A stretch of 64,000 nucleotides of DNA from Aulosira sp. ZfuVER01 (GCA_034530615.2 JAVRCV020000012.1:26880-90879), one strand, 5' to 3'; numbered from the stretch's first letter, positions 29,945-41,233 are shown. The notes: a model not told the origin generated them from the letters alone. Program-made: numbers and translations.

Positions 29945-31414
29945 ATGACATCTGGATTTAACTTTGAGTCCCCTATAGGATTTAGCAAATATCAGAAGCG
30001 TTGGTTTGTCAAAGGTTTTTGGCTCGTTCTGATGTTAATAGTAGTAAAAATCATCACTGCTGATGCACTTTTTCTCAGTAAGATTAGTGCCTTATTAATT
30101 GCGGTAATGGCACTATTACCAGCCTATCTATGGTGTGCTGATCGTGCAAAAGGATTGCCTCTATTTCCCATAATGACACTAACATACTTGGGTTCACATG
30201 CTTTTCCCCTGATTTCAAAAAATCCAAATGTCCTTAAGTATTCTGAAGCATTACGTTTTGATGCAGCACAAGTAGTTGCCATTTTTTTGGGAGTAGGAAC
30301 AATAACTTGGCTTGCTTTCGTCAAACGTGAACCTCAAAGTATATCTAAAATTAAAGTATTTAAACCAAACCAAATAACCCCTTTCTTTCTAAACATAATA
30401 TTTTTATCTATTACATTTGATTTTTTACAGAATACAGGATATTTATGGTCAATAATACCTGGCTCGATCTACTTAATATTGAAAACTGCAATGCCATCTC
30501 TCACTAGTCTGGGATTAATGATATTGGGTTATCAACTAGGAGCTAATCGCTTAAGTCGTGGAGAGTCCAGAATATTTATTTTACTAGTAATAGTTTTGAT
30601 TTTTCAATCAGGAATTGCTCTTTACCTGAATGGCTCAGGGATATACGTAGTCTTAACGAGTTTAGGTTGGATGTTTGGCAGTGGAAAATTTCCCTGGCGA
30701 TTATTATTGATAACTTTCCTAATTATCTCGTTCCTGAATTTAGGTAAAGGACAAACTCGCGCTACTTACTGGCATAAAGGATTAATGCAACCTTCACAAT
30801 ATACGGCTGTATATATCACCTGGATTAATAATTCCTGGCAGCAGCTAAATCCTCCTAAAGAAAGTCTAGGTAGGCATAAGTCAAAACCAGAAAGTCTAGA
30901 TGAGCGTTCAAGTCTTATACATATGCTGATGAAAGCCATTTCTGAGACGGGAACTTTAAGAGAATATATGCAGGGAAAAACTTATTCACTTATCCCTCAA
31001 TTAGTCATGCCTAGAATCTTTAACCCAAATAAGGTTCGTGGTAGTGAAGCTACCAATATGTTAAGCATTTATTATGGTTTGCAAACATATAAAGATACGC
31101 TTACAACTGAAATTTCTTGGGGTTTATTGCAGGAAGCTTATGCTAATTTTGGCAGGTTAGGTTGCGCTGGCTTAGGAATTTTCTTAGGTGGTTTATATGG
31201 ATGGATTACTCGTTTGACTATAAATGTTCCTATTACATCGTATCGATTTTTGCTATCGCTAATTTTGATCATGCTGTCAATTAAGAACGAATTGACTGTG
31301 GGGTCATTTTTGAGTGTTTTAAGTCAAGGTGCTATGCTTTTATTGCCCATCCGAAATTTATTGATGAAAACTATTACATATTATCCCTTTCAACGCTATA
31401 GCAATGCTAAATGA
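29945..31414 (+). CDS. Polytopic membrane protein, possible Wzy-like polysaccharide polymerase
   Basis: About 11 hydrophobic segments; periplasmic loop with PR.FNP.K; EAYANFG.LG motif typical of Wzy-like proteins; located within a GT cluster. Confidence 0.55.
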   Translation: MTSGFNFESPIGFSKYQKRWFVKGFWLVLMLIVVKIITADALFLSKISALLIAVMALLPAYLWCADRAKGLPLFPIMTLTYLGSHAFPLISKNPNVLKYSEALRFDAAQVVAIFLGVGTITWLAFVKREPQSISKIKVFKPNQITPFFLNIIFLSITFDFLQNTGYLWSIIPGSIYLILKTAMPSLTSLGLMILGYQLGANRLSRGESRIFILLVIVLIFQSGIALYLNGSGIYVVLTSLGWMFGSGKFPWRLLLITFLIISFLNLGKGQTRATYWHKGLMQPSQYTAVYITWINNSWQQLNPPKESLGRHKSKPESLDERSSLIHMLMKAISETGTLREYMQGKTYSLIPQLVMPRIFNPNKVRGSEATNMLSIYYGLQTYKDTLTTEISWGLLQEAYANFGRLGCAGLGIFLGGLYGWITRLTINVPITSYRFLLSLILIMLSIKNELTVGSFLSVLSQGAMLLLPIRNLLMKTITYYPFQRYSNAK

Positions 31415-31532
31415 TCTATCAACTTTTGTTGAGGCGAGAAATAAAGCCAATTGCGTAAGTCTTGATAGAATTAAATTTATCTATTTTTAATATATCCACA
31501 ATTGAGCGAAAAAAATACAAATTATAAACTTA

Positions 31533-32615
31533 ATGATTCAAAAGCGCATTAATTCATTTGATGGTCTCAGAGCAATAGCTATTTTCTTGGTTTTGCTAGA
31601 CCATGCAAAAAATACTATTCAGTCTAAGAGCGATATTTGGAATTTAGCATCAATATTTATAGCCAATTCCAGCTTGGGAGTTAGGCTATTTTTTGTTTTA
31701 AGTGGTTATTTGATTACCATAATCTTGTTAAAGGAGACTAATGAAAGTGGTTCTATTGATTTGAAGAGATTCTATGTACGGCGCGCAATAAGGTTATTTC
31801 CCAGTCTTTACTGTTTTATACTGGTAGTTTTCATTCTTAACTTAACTGTTAATTTGAATATCACTTTAGAACAATTCATAGCAGCAGCAACTTTTACATG
31901 GAACTATTTAGGCCCTTTTCACAATGGTTTGTTTACAGGAAATTGGTTTTTTGGTCATTTATGGACTCTTTCACTAGAAGAACAGTTTTACTTACTCTGG
32001 CCTCTATTATTATTATTAGGTATTAATAAATCTCGAAAGTTATCACTTGTGCTAATTTTATCAATGCCTATTATACGCGTAGCCAGCTATTTTTTATTTC
32101 CTTCAATTAAAGGATATTTAAATATGATGCTACATACCTCAATAGATAGTATTATGGTGGGCTGTTTGATGGCTATTCTTACTCAATTTTCTTCCTCAAA
32201 CCAGCGTATATATAAATTGAAGGGATTTTCTATAGTAATATTACTTATTTGGCCATTATTCATTACTCCAATTTTAGATCACTTGATTAGAGGTTACTTA
32301 ATCTCTATAGGTCTAACCATTGATGCCATAATCTTAGGAATACTGATTGCTTGGCTCCACGCTAATCCGCTTTCGTATGCAAATAGACTACTGAGTATAC
32401 CATTTCTTGTTTACGTAGGCAAAATTTCTTATAGCTTATATATATGGCAGCAATTATTTTTAACTAATGAGAATGCTACTATTTCCGGAATTTTTCCCTA
32501 TAATCTTGGGTTTAGTTTTCTGGCTGGAATGGCTTCTTATTACTTGATTGAAAAACCCTGTCTTAAATTCAAAGATAGTAATAAAATATCGGGATTATTA
32601 GGATTGCATAAATAA
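31533..32615 (+). CDS. Acyltransferase-3 (O-acyltransferase)
   Basis: DGLRAIA, GV.LFFVLSGYLI, RRAIRL, HLWTLSLEEQFY, GKISYSLYIW. Confidence 0.93.
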   Translation: MIQKRINSFDGLRAIAIFLVLLDHAKNTIQSKSDIWNLASIFIANSSLGVRLFFVLSGYLITIILLKETNESGSIDLKRFYVRRAIRLFPSLYCFILVVFILNLTVNLNITLEQFIAAATFTWNYLGPFHNGLFTGNWFFGHLWTLSLEEQFYLLWPLLLLLGINKSRKLSLVLILSMPIIRVASYFLFPSIKGYLNMMLHTSIDSIMVGCLMAILTQFSSSNQRIYKLKGFSIVILLIWPLFITPILDHLIRGYLISIGLTIDAIILGILIAWLHANPLSYANRLLSIPFLVYVGKISYSLYIWQQLFLTNENATISGIFPYNLGFSFLAGMASYYLIEKPCLKFKDSNKISGLLGLHK

Positions 32616-32646
32616 AATATTTAATTATTTTAGGATATATTATGAT

Positions 32647-33816
32647 ATGGAAAAATTAGCAATTATATCAACTCATCCTATTCAATACTACGCGCCTTGG
32701 TTTCGTCATATTGCTAATACTTACTATCTTAGGATTAAAGTATTTTATTTATGGGACTTTGGTATCAAAGCTACAATAGATATGGGATTCCAGCAGACAA
32801 TCAAGTGGGATATTCCACTTTTAGATGGGTATAACTATGAGTTTGTACCCAACTTGAGCAACGATCCTGGCGTTCACACTTTTTGGGGTCTGCAAAATCC
32901 ATCCCTAGCCTCGCGAGTCAAGGAATATAATCCTGATGCAGTGTTATTAATGTGCTATAATTATGCTAGTATTTATCGTTTTTTGTGGTATTGGAATTAC
33001 CATCAAATACCGTTATTATTTCGTGGTGATTCTCACAGATTAGTACTACCTACTGGTACGAAAGAATGGGCAAGACGGCAGTTTATTATGCAGATTTATC
33101 GACGTTTTGCTGCTTGTCTATATGTGGGTAAAGCGAACTATGATTACTTCCGTTATCATGGGGTTTTAGAAAAAAATTTGTTTTTTTCTCCTCATGCTGT
33201 AGATAATGAACGTTTTTTTCAGCAAACTGAAACCGCAACCCACAAAGCAGTGCTTTGGAAGCAAGAATTGGGTATTCCATCACATCATGCAGTAATTTTA
33301 TTCGCTGGCAAATTTGAACCCCAAAAATGCCCTATGGATTTATTGTTAGCTTTTTTGGAGGCAAATATATCTGATGTATCGCTGTTATTTGTGGGCGCTG
33401 GTTCCCTAGAAAAAAACCTGAAACACATAGCAAAAGGACACTCTAATATATATTTTGCCCCTTTTCAAAATCAAACATTAATGCCGCGCACATATGCATC
33501 TGCTGATCTACTTGTACTACCTAGCTATTCAGAAACTTGGGGTCTTGCTGTTAACGAAGCAATGTGCTTAGGGCTTCCAATTATTGTCAGTAACTATGTA
33601 GGTTGTGCCCAAAATCTAATACATCAGCATCGCAATGGACTAATTTTTCCGGCAGGTAATGTATCTGCCTTAGCAAATAGCCTGAAAGAAGCATTCTCTG
33701 ATCGCCAACGCTTGCAACATTGGGGAGAAGAAAGCATTAAAATCGTATCTGATTATAATTATACTCAGGCTACGCTGGGATTAAAACAGGCGCTGCAATA
33801 TACACAATTACTGTGA
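32647..33816 (+). CDS. Glycosyltransferase family 4
   Basis: THPIQY, FAGK, PSYSETWGLAVNEAM. Confidence 0.92.
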   Translation: MEKLAIISTHPIQYYAPWFRHIANTYYLRIKVFYLWDFGIKATIDMGFQQTIKWDIPLLDGYNYEFVPNLSNDPGVHTFWGLQNPSLASRVKEYNPDAVLLMCYNYASIYRFLWYWNYHQIPLLFRGDSHRLVLPTGTKEWARRQFIMQIYRRFAACLYVGKANYDYFRYHGVLEKNLFFSPHAVDNERFFQQTETATHKAVLWKQELGIPSHHAVILFAGKFEPQKCPMDLLLAFLEANISDVSLLFVGAGSLEKNLKHIAKGHSNIYFAPFQNQTLMPRTYASADLLVLPSYSETWGLAVNEAMCLGLPIIVSNYVGCAQNLIHQHRNGLIFPAGNVSALANSLKEAFSDRQRLQHWGEESIKIVSDYNYTQATLGLKQALQYTQLL

Positions 33817-33900
33817 TCTAATACTTAAAATTGACATACATACTAATATTTATCGCTGACTTAATAATCAAACAATTAAATCTTAATTAATTCGTAATAA

Positions 33901-35070
33901 GTGATTCAACAACATTCTAAGAAACATCAATACCAATTTCATCTCTGGTTTCCTGAGCTATTCAACTCTACAGGAGGCATTCAACGTTATTCTTCTTTTT
34001 GTTTCCAGGCATTTCAAAACCTCTACCCCAATTTTACCTACGATGTATTAATTAAGCACGATACAGATATACCATCCAAATCCTCTAATTTGTGCTTTCA
34101 TACAACTGGCAATTGGCCTTTATCAATACGCACTCCAGCCTTTGCTGCTCAACTCCTTAGTCTTGGTGTTTGGCAACATCCAAACCTGGTCTTTACTACT
34201 CATCCCAACTTTAGTATTGTGGCTGATCAACTGAAAAAGTTAACTGGTCTTCCTTACTGGACTGTTGCCCACGGGATAGATGCTTGGAATATCACAAATC
34301 ATAGACTAAAAACAGCCTTACACAATGCAGATCGCATCTTAGCTGTTAGCCACTATACACGCGATCGCCTGCTTCGAGAACAAAACCTTGACCCTGATAA
34401 AGTTGTGGTTCTCCCTAATACTTTTGATGCTGAGAATTTTCAGATTGCACCTAAGCCTAATTACTTGCTCAAACGCTATAGCTTGAATCCACAGCAACCA
34501 ATTATCCTGACAGTGGCTCGGCTTTCCCAATCAGAACAATACAAAGGCTACGATAAAATTTTGGCTGCTTTATCGCAAATTCGTCAGACTATTCCTCATG
34601 TGCATTACGTTTTGGTAGGTAAGGGAGACGATGAACCTCGAATTAAACAGCTAATTTCTCAATATCAACTCCAAGATTGCGTTACCTTAACTGGGTTTGT
34701 TCCTGATGAAGAACTTAGTTCTTATTACCATATGTGCGATGTATTTGCAATGCCAAGCAAAAGTGAAGGATTTGGTATTGTTTACCTAGAGGCTTTAGCT
34801 TGTGGTAAACCAACTCTTGCAGGTAATCAAGATGGGGCACAGGATGCTCTTTGTCAGGGAGAATTAGGCGTACTTGTTGATCCAGATGATATAGAAGCGA
34901 TCGCTCAAGCCATTATTCAAATATTACAAGGTACTCATAGTAATTCCATTCTCTATCAACCAGAAGTATTACGACAAAAAGTAATTGAGCGATTTGGCTT
35001 TGAGAGCTTTCAACAAACTCTTGGCAATTATTTAGAAAAATACTTAGGCTTATCTAAATGTGTGGTATAG
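33901..35070 (+). CDS. Glycosyltransferase family 4
   Basis: GGIQRY, TVARL...YKGYD, PSKSEGFGIVYLEA. Confidence 0.92.
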   Translation: MIQQHSKKHQYQFHLWFPELFNSTGGIQRYSSFCFQAFQNLYPNFTYDVLIKHDTDIPSKSSNLCFHTTGNWPLSIRTPAFAAQLLSLGVWQHPNLVFTTHPNFSIVADQLKKLTGLPYWTVAHGIDAWNITNHRLKTALHNADRILAVSHYTRDRLLREQNLDPDKVVVLPNTFDAENFQIAPKPNYLLKRYSLNPQQPIILTVARLSQSEQYKGYDKILAALSQIRQTIPHVHYVLVGKGDDEPRIKQLISQYQLQDCVTLTGFVPDEELSSYYHMCDVFAMPSKSEGFGIVYLEALACGKPTLAGNQDGAQDALCQGELGVLVDPDDIEAIAQAIIQILQGTHSNSILYQPEVLRQKVIERFGFESFQQTLGNYLEKYLGLSKCVV

Positions 35071-36869
35071 CAGGCATTCTCACAACAGATTCTCACCAAC
35101 AGCATCTGGAGCAAACTATTCAGCAGATGCAAAAGTCTTTATACCATCGTGGCCCAGATGACCGGGGAATTTACATAGCCAACGAACATCAAGCTGCTCT
35201 TGCCCACACTCGTTTGTCTATCTTAGATCTCAGCCCGGCGGGACATCAACCGATGTCTACAGCCGATGGACGCTATTGGATCGTCTTTAATGGAGAAATT
35301 TACAACTTTCAAGATTTGCGATCGCAACTAGAATCACAAGGTGAGCATTTTTTATCCCGCACTGATACCGAAGTTATTCTCAAGCTATATCAGCGCTTCG
35401 GAAAAGATTGCGTTAACCAGTTGCAGGGAATGTTTGCTTTTGCTATTTGGGATAATCAAGACAAGACTTGTTTTATCGCTCGCGATCCTTTAGGAATTAA
35501 ACCTCTTTATTACTGGCAATCTGGTGGTAATTTAGTATTTGCTTCAGAAATTAGGGCAATACTTGCTTCTGGATTACCGAATCTTTGCTTGAGTCCTCAA
35601 GGCTTATATGGCTATTTTACTAGCGGTACAGTACCAGAACCATACACCTTAATTGATGGTATTTATTGTTTAGAAGCTGGTCATTGGTTGCATTGGTATG
35701 CTGGCAGAGTTAGCCAACACCAGTACTGGCAAATTAATTTTACCAGTGATAGTAGCATATCTTTATCAGAAGCCACAAAAAAAGTCCGTCAGGCTTTGAT
35801 TGACTCTATCGAACATCACTTTATTAGTGATGTACCTGTTGGTATCTTTCTCAGTGGAGGAATTGACTCAAGTTCTATTGTTGCCCTAGCACGTCAAACA
35901 CAAAAAAATAAATTACGTACTTACTCGATTGCTTTTGCAGAAAATAAATGGAATGAAGGAGATATTGCTCGCAAGATAGCCCAAAACTTTGAGACTGAAC
36001 ATACAGAATATCTCATTACATCTGCCATCGGCAAAGAATTATTTCCCCAATTTTTAAAAAAAATTGATCAACCAAGTATTGATGGTTTTAATACTTTTTG
36101 TGTATCTCAAATCGCTCACCAAGACAGCACTAAAGTAGTCCTATCAGGATTAGGAGGAGATGAACTATTTGGTGGTTATAAAACTTTCCAAAAAGTTCCG
36201 CAAATGGTTCGCTGGGGGCAGCAACTCCAAAAAATTCAACCGATTACTACTGCTATAGGCTGGGGATTAGCATCTTGGGGACAATCACCACAGTTAAAGC
36301 GTATAGGAGATTTTTTCCAGCAAAAGCCGACAACAGCAGCAGCTTACCGCAGTTTTAGGGGTATATTTTCTCATCAAGAAGCTGGGAATTTAACTCAGTA
36401 TTATCTAAAAGATTCTTCTCCAGCAATTAAAGATAGGAATATTTTTCAAAATAGTAACCCACCTCCAAATTTTCCTTCTTTAGAAGATGAAGTAAGTTTC
36501 TTAGAATTGAATTTTTATATGCGTAATCAATTATTACGCGATAGTGATGTAATGAGTATGGCTTGGGGATTGGAATTACGAGTACCTTTAGTTGATCGGG
36601 GGTTGTTAGAAGCCATATCATCTATTCCTTATAATCTAAGATTGGCAGCAGGTAAACAGCTATTAATTCAAGCAATTCCTGAATTACCAAGTTGGCTATT
36701 GAACCGTCCCAAGAGGGGATTTTTCTTCCCATTTCAGCAATGGATAGAAAAAGATTGGCATGATTATTTTCCACCTCATGAATTAAATCAAAAAATTGAC
36801 TTAAAACTATGGTATCGTCAATGGAACTTGGCAATTTTTCAGTATTGGTTTAATCAAACTTTCAACTAA
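35058..36869 (+). CDS. asnB: Asparagine-synthase-like glutamine-dependent amidotransferase
   Basis: MCGIAG (catalytic Cys), HRGPD, FNGEIYN, LSGGIDS, SGLGGDELFGGY. Context suggests sugar amidation. Confidence 0.9.
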   Translation: MCGIAGILTTDSHQQHLEQTIQQMQKSLYHRGPDDRGIYIANEHQAALAHTRLSILDLSPAGHQPMSTADGRYWIVFNGEIYNFQDLRSQLESQGEHFLSRTDTEVILKLYQRFGKDCVNQLQGMFAFAIWDNQDKTCFIARDPLGIKPLYYWQSGGNLVFASEIRAILASGLPNLCLSPQGLYGYFTSGTVPEPYTLIDGIYCLEAGHWLHWYAGRVSQHQYWQINFTSDSSISLSEATKKVRQALIDSIEHHFISDVPVGIFLSGGIDSSSIVALARQTQKNKLRTYSIAFAENKWNEGDIARKIAQNFETEHTEYLITSAIGKELFPQFLKKIDQPSIDGFNTFCVSQIAHQDSTKVVLSGLGGDELFGGYKTFQKVPQMVRWGQQLQKIQPITTAIGWGLASWGQSPQLKRIGDFFQQKPTTAAAYRSFRGIFSHQEAGNLTQYYLKDSSPAIKDRNIFQNSNPPPNFPSLEDEVSFLELNFYMRNQLLRDSDVMSMAWGLELRVPLVDRGLLEAISSIPYNLRLAAGKQLLIQAIPELPSWLLNRPKRGFFFPFQQWIEKDWHDYFPPHELNQKIDLKLWYRQWNLAIFQYWFNQTFN

Positions 36870-37227
36870 AAATCAATTGATCTAAATAATCACAGCAATG
36901 CTAGCAATGAATGGGAGCGTGAGAATGTGGGAAATCTCACGTTGGGTAAACATTGATGGCAGTTATTAAACTGTGTATAGATTTTATCTAACTCATCTGT
37001 AACTACGTACAGAGTATTAATTAGTAGTGACTAAAGCAAGTGAGCTAGATAGGTTTTTCAAGTTTTTATAAAAACTCATATTACCATTCCAGTAAATGAA
37101 AGATACAAATAATTTTCATCTGATTTTCTGCTACCTATTTGTATTACGCTTAAATTGTGGGGAATAACAAGTTTTTCATTGATTACATTGTTGTGATACC
37201 AATTCTTTATGAAGCTGCATAGAATTC

Positions 37228-37311
37228 GATCCCTCCTAACCCCCTGAAAAAAGGGGAGAACCGGAAAACGTCTATCAAAGTCCCCCTTAAAAAAGGGGAT
37301 TTAGGGGGATC
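37228..37311. repeat. Cyanobacterial dispersed palindromic repeat (CCCC-AAAAA-GGGG type)
   Basis: GATCCCTCCTAA...TTAGGGGGATC outer arms with two internal CCCCT..AGGGG hairpins. Confidence 0.75.
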
Positions 37312-37578
37312 AGGATATTTGCAACCTCACATTACATTGTTGTGAGTCAGTATTGAGCAACGACATTCTTTTCCTATTCAGATTAAGCAGTTGATCAAAA
37401 GTAAAGCCCAAAACCTCAAAATCTAGCCAAACACAGCCGTAGTCGTGAACGACCGAATGATAGCAAAAAGAAAAATAAAAAGCACGATTTCTGCTTGATA
37501 CCAATTAGTGGCAGGAAAAATTAGCTTAACTTATTTGTTACTCGACGAGTACTTCAGTAAGTTTATGGAAATTGTTGT

Positions 37579-38796
37579 ATGAAAATTATTCATGTTATTC
37601 CTTCAGTAGCCTTACTAAGAGGCGGGCCGAGCCAAGCCGTACTAGAAACAGTTAAAGCATTGAGAAATCTAGGTATTGATGCTGAAATTGTCACTACCAA
37701 TGATAATGAAAATAATTTACTAGATGTGCCTTTATACAAACTTATTGAGTATAAGCAAGTACCAGTTCGTTTTTTCCCTCGCTTTTCTCCTAATGTCCAC
37801 TCTATACGAGAATTTGCTTTTTCTAGTCAGCTAACTGCATGGTTGTGGAAGAATATCACTAAGTATGACTTGTTACACGTCCATGCTATTTTTTCCTATA
37901 CTTCTACAGCAGCAATGGCGATCGCTCGTCTGCAAAATGTTCCCTATATTGTTCGTCCTCTGGGACAACTGTGTGAATGGTCACTCCAGCAAAGTGCTCG
38001 CAAGAAACAGATTTATCTCAACTTGATTGAACAAGCAAACCTCAACAACTCTCAAGCACTTCACTTTACTTCTGCACAGGAACAGGAAGAAGTTTCTCGC
38101 TTAAATTTCAAGGTTCCTAACTTTGTTCTACCCCACGGACTTTCTATTCCTCCTGCTATTCCCTATGCTCGTAGTTACCTCAGACAATACCTCAATCTTC
38201 CTTCAGATGAGCCGATAATTTTATTCTTATCGCGGCTACATCCTAAAAAAGGTCTAGACTATTTAATTCCAGCCTTAAGCAAAATCTCTAGTCATCGCTT
38301 CACTTTCGTAATTGCAGGTAGTGGTTCTAAAGAATACGAAGCTGAAATTAACTCTCTTCTGGTTGCATCTGGCATGAGCGGTCGCACTCACTTTGCTGGA
38401 TTTGTGGAAGGAGAAACTAAAAATATGTTTATGCAAGGTTCAGATTTATTTGTCCTGACATCTTACGCAGAAAACTTTGCTGTCGTTGTCTTAGAAGCTT
38501 TAGCTGTCGGTCTTCCTGTTTTGATCACTCCTGGTGTTGCCCTTGCTTCTATTGTTCAGCAATATCAACTTGGTTATGTCACACCCATGAATGTGTCTGC
38601 GATCGCCTCTGCGCTAGAAAACTATCTTTCCCATCCCCAAAAAGCTAAACAAATGGGAGAGCGTGCTCGTCAAATCATTTCGGAACAATACACTTGGGAC
38701 AAAATAGCAGCCAGAATGATTGATAATTACAAAACTATCATTTATAACAATGCTGCCGCTAATTCCAAAGCATTGGCAAACAGCAAGCCTAGATAA
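37579..38796 (+). CDS. Glycosyltransferase family 4 (paralog of 41461-42675)
   Basis: RGGPS, FLSRLHPKKG, ENFAVVVLEA. Confidence 0.92.
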   Translation: MKIIHVIPSVALLRGGPSQAVLETVKALRNLGIDAEIVTTNDNENNLLDVPLYKLIEYKQVPVRFFPRFSPNVHSIREFAFSSQLTAWLWKNITKYDLLHVHAIFSYTSTAAMAIARLQNVPYIVRPLGQLCEWSLQQSARKKQIYLNLIEQANLNNSQALHFTSAQEQEEVSRLNFKVPNFVLPHGLSIPPAIPYARSYLRQYLNLPSDEPIILFLSRLHPKKGLDYLIPALSKISSHRFTFVIAGSGSKEYEAEINSLLVASGMSGRTHFAGFVEGETKNMFMQGSDLFVLTSYAENFAVVVLEALAVGLPVLITPGVALASIVQQYQLGYVTPMNVSAIASALENYLSHPQKAKQMGERARQIISEQYTWDKIAARMIDNYKTIIYNNAAANSKALANSKPR

Positions 38797-38882
38797 TATA
38801 CGCTGGTTTTTGCTCGATGGCAAACAACTGCACCAATAAAATTATTGATACTTTTTGTGGCAAAATTTTATATTTGTAAGTT

Positions 38883-38971
38883 ATACCAATTCTCTAAAAT
38901 AAGGCTACAGATTCAACCCCTAAAACCTAGATTCTGTCTGGCTTTCATAATTACAAATTACGAATTGGTAT
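38883..38971. repeat. Short MITE-like element with ATACCAATTC/GAATTGGTAT ends
   Basis: Perfect 10-bp terminal inverted repeat; the same left end occurs at ~37195. Confidence 0.6.
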
Positions 38972-39112
38972 TACACAGCAAAGTGATTTGACTTTTTGCT
39001 TAAAAATATTTTTCCACACTTCCCTTAGCATTTTCTGCAAAAGCTATACTACCTCTTCTTTTTGATCTTTAAGGTGTAGTGACTTTTTTCAAAAATCAAA
39101 TAGGAGTTCTAT

Positions 39113-40099
39113 ATGTTTAATGCAGATTTTAGCAAAATTAGTACTAGTCAAATAGTTGAGGATCTCAAAAACAAAGGATATTTCGTCTTTGAGCAGGCAT
39201 TGACTGAACAGTATATCGAGGAAATGCTTCAAGAAGTCGATTTTAATCAAATCTTAGTTAATACTAATGATGTTGGTGTAGTTCTTGCCCAATCTTATAA
39301 GTTTTTAACCCACTGTCTAGCCAACTCCAAAAAAACTTATGATCTCATTACATCCCAGAAAGTTTTAGAGATTTGCAAAAACTATTTTAACGATAATTAT
39401 AAGCTCACAAATCATCGAATTTTTCAAGTTAATAGAAATTCATATATGCCCTGGCATACTGATAACAATCTTCAAAAGGGTAATCAACTTAGTGATAAAC
39501 ATAATATGCCGGGTTTATTATTTTTATTTTATTTATCAGATGTAAGTAAGAATGCATTTCAGTACGTAAAAAATTCTCACAAATGGTCTCAACAATACAA
39601 CACAGAAATTTATCTAAGCGATAGTTTTATAGAAAAAAACTATCAGCAAGAGATACTGTCATTTCCCATGAAAAAAGGAACTATTATTGTTTGTGATATC
39701 CACGGAGTTCATAGAGCCGAGCCTTTTCAGGATAAAAAATACATCAGAACTTCCCTACTTTTTCAAGTTGATCAGGTTGGTAGTCAATATCTAGAACATG
39801 GTGAAAAAAATATAGTTAATACTGAATATCTTGACAATTTAAATTCCGAAGTAATGGATTATCTGGGCTTTGGTTTTAAGCGAAGTTACCCAGCATTTCC
39901 TAACTCTTCAGTTGCCACTATGCTACCTAAAGACATTTTGTTATTACAGCAGAAATTGTTAATACAAACAATAAAAGCATTTAACAAGAGTATGGTAAAG
40001 TCTATTTTACCTGGTGAAGTAATGATTAATGCTAAACGTTTTTTATGGTACATGAAGTCTAAATATTCCCAGACAATAAATGTTGGCAGGAATAAATGA
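39113..40099 (+). CDS. Phytanoyl-CoA-dioxygenase-like 2OG-Fe(II) oxygenase
   Basis: WHTD (HxD), SHKW, HGVHRA, distal Arg (IRTSL). Confidence 0.82.
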   Translation: MFNADFSKISTSQIVEDLKNKGYFVFEQALTEQYIEEMLQEVDFNQILVNTNDVGVVLAQSYKFLTHCLANSKKTYDLITSQKVLEICKNYFNDNYKLTNHRIFQVNRNSYMPWHTDNNLQKGNQLSDKHNMPGLLFLFYLSDVSKNAFQYVKNSHKWSQQYNTEIYLSDSFIEKNYQQEILSFPMKKGTIIVCDIHGVHRAEPFQDKKYIRTSLLFQVDQVGSQYLEHGEKNIVNTEYLDNLNSEVMDYLGFGFKRSYPAFPNSSVATMLPKDILLLQQKLLIQTIKAFNKSMVKSILPGEVMINAKRFLWYMKSKYSQTINVGRNK

Positions 40100-41208
40100 A
40101 AATTTTGTTGATAGGTAACTACAAGCTAGATGCTATAAAAAGCATGGATCGGTTTGCCTCTATGCTAGAAACTTCCTTAAGACAATTTAATCACCAAGTG
40201 CTGATCACCCGCCCTGAGCCATTCTTCGGAAATATAATATCTTCACATAAAAAATTACAGAAATGGTTAGGTTATGTTGATAAATTTATTCTATTTCCAT
40301 CAATATTACGTCGAGCAATATCTTGGGCAGATGTAGTTCATATTTGCGATCAAGGCAATGCCATTTACACACAATATTTGCAAAATAAACCTCATTTAGT
40401 AACTTGTCATGATTTATTTCCCATTCGTGCGGGTTTGGGAGAATTTCCGGAATATAAAACTGGATGGACTGGTAAACAATTCCAGCAGATGATTATAAAG
40501 GGATTAAATCAAGCCCAAAGAGTTGTTTGTGTTTCTGAACAAACTAGAAACGATGTATTACGTCTTACCTCTCTTTCGGAGAAAGCAGTATCTGTGATTT
40601 CTACGGGTTTAAATTATCCCTATACACCGATGTTAGCTACAACAGCCAAGCAACGTTTAGCAGATTTAGGAATTCCTCCAGATAGCGACTTTATTCTCCA
40701 TGTAGGAGCAAACCATTGGTATAAAAATCGGCTGGGAGTGTTATCGATATTTTATGAACTGATGCTACAAAAACCAAATTTTTATCTGGTTATGGTAGGT
40801 CAACTAATGACCAAGGAAATGCATCAGTTCATCAACAAGTATAACCTGTCACAAAAGGTTATAGAACTGATAGAAATTGATAATGAAAATTTACGAGCTA
40901 TCTATTCTTCTGCAACTGCTTTATTATTTCCTTCCCTTCATGAAGGTTTTGGCTGGCCTATTATTGAAGCTCAAGCTTGCGGTTGTCCTGTATTTACATC
41001 AAATCGTCCTCCAATGAATATTGTAGGAGGAGATGCAGCTATATATATAGATCCAAATAATGCTCAAGAATCTGCGGAAAAAATTATTGCTCATCTTGGT
41101 ATCTTAGTAAATATTAAGGCTAAAGGAATTATTAATTCTCAAAAATATTCAACAACAAAAATGATTACTGAATATATTTCAATTTACAAACAAATTCTAC
41201 ATAAGTAA
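40096..41208 (+). CDS. Glycosyltransferase family 4
   Basis: TCHD, HVG...YKN, FPSLHEGFGWPIIEAQACG. Confidence 0.92.
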   Translation: MKILLIGNYKLDAIKSMDRFASMLETSLRQFNHQVLITRPEPFFGNIISSHKKLQKWLGYVDKFILFPSILRRAISWADVVHICDQGNAIYTQYLQNKPHLVTCHDLFPIRAGLGEFPEYKTGWTGKQFQQMIIKGLNQAQRVVCVSEQTRNDVLRLTSLSEKAVSVISTGLNYPYTPMLATTAKQRLADLGIPPDSDFILHVGANHWYKNRLGVLSIFYELMLQKPNFYLVMVGQLMTKEMHQFINKYNLSQKVIELIEIDNENLRAIYSSATALLFPSLHEGFGWPIIEAQACGCPVFTSNRPPMNIVGGDAAIYIDPNNAQESAEKIIAHLGILVNIKAKGIINSQKYSTTKMITEYISIYKQILHK

Positions 41209-41233
41209 ATCAGTGAAAATAATTATCGCTGAT

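Noticed and set aside
35058..36869. AsnB-like gene as a lasso-peptide cyclase or housekeeping asparagine synthetase
   Set aside because: It has an intact N-terminal Cys glutaminase domain, no precursor or B proteins nearby, and overlaps a GT gene; glycan amidation is more parsimonious.
37310..37504. 64-aa minus-strand ORF in the long intergenic region
   Set aside because: Non-ATG start, adjoins repeat DNA, no recognisable motif.
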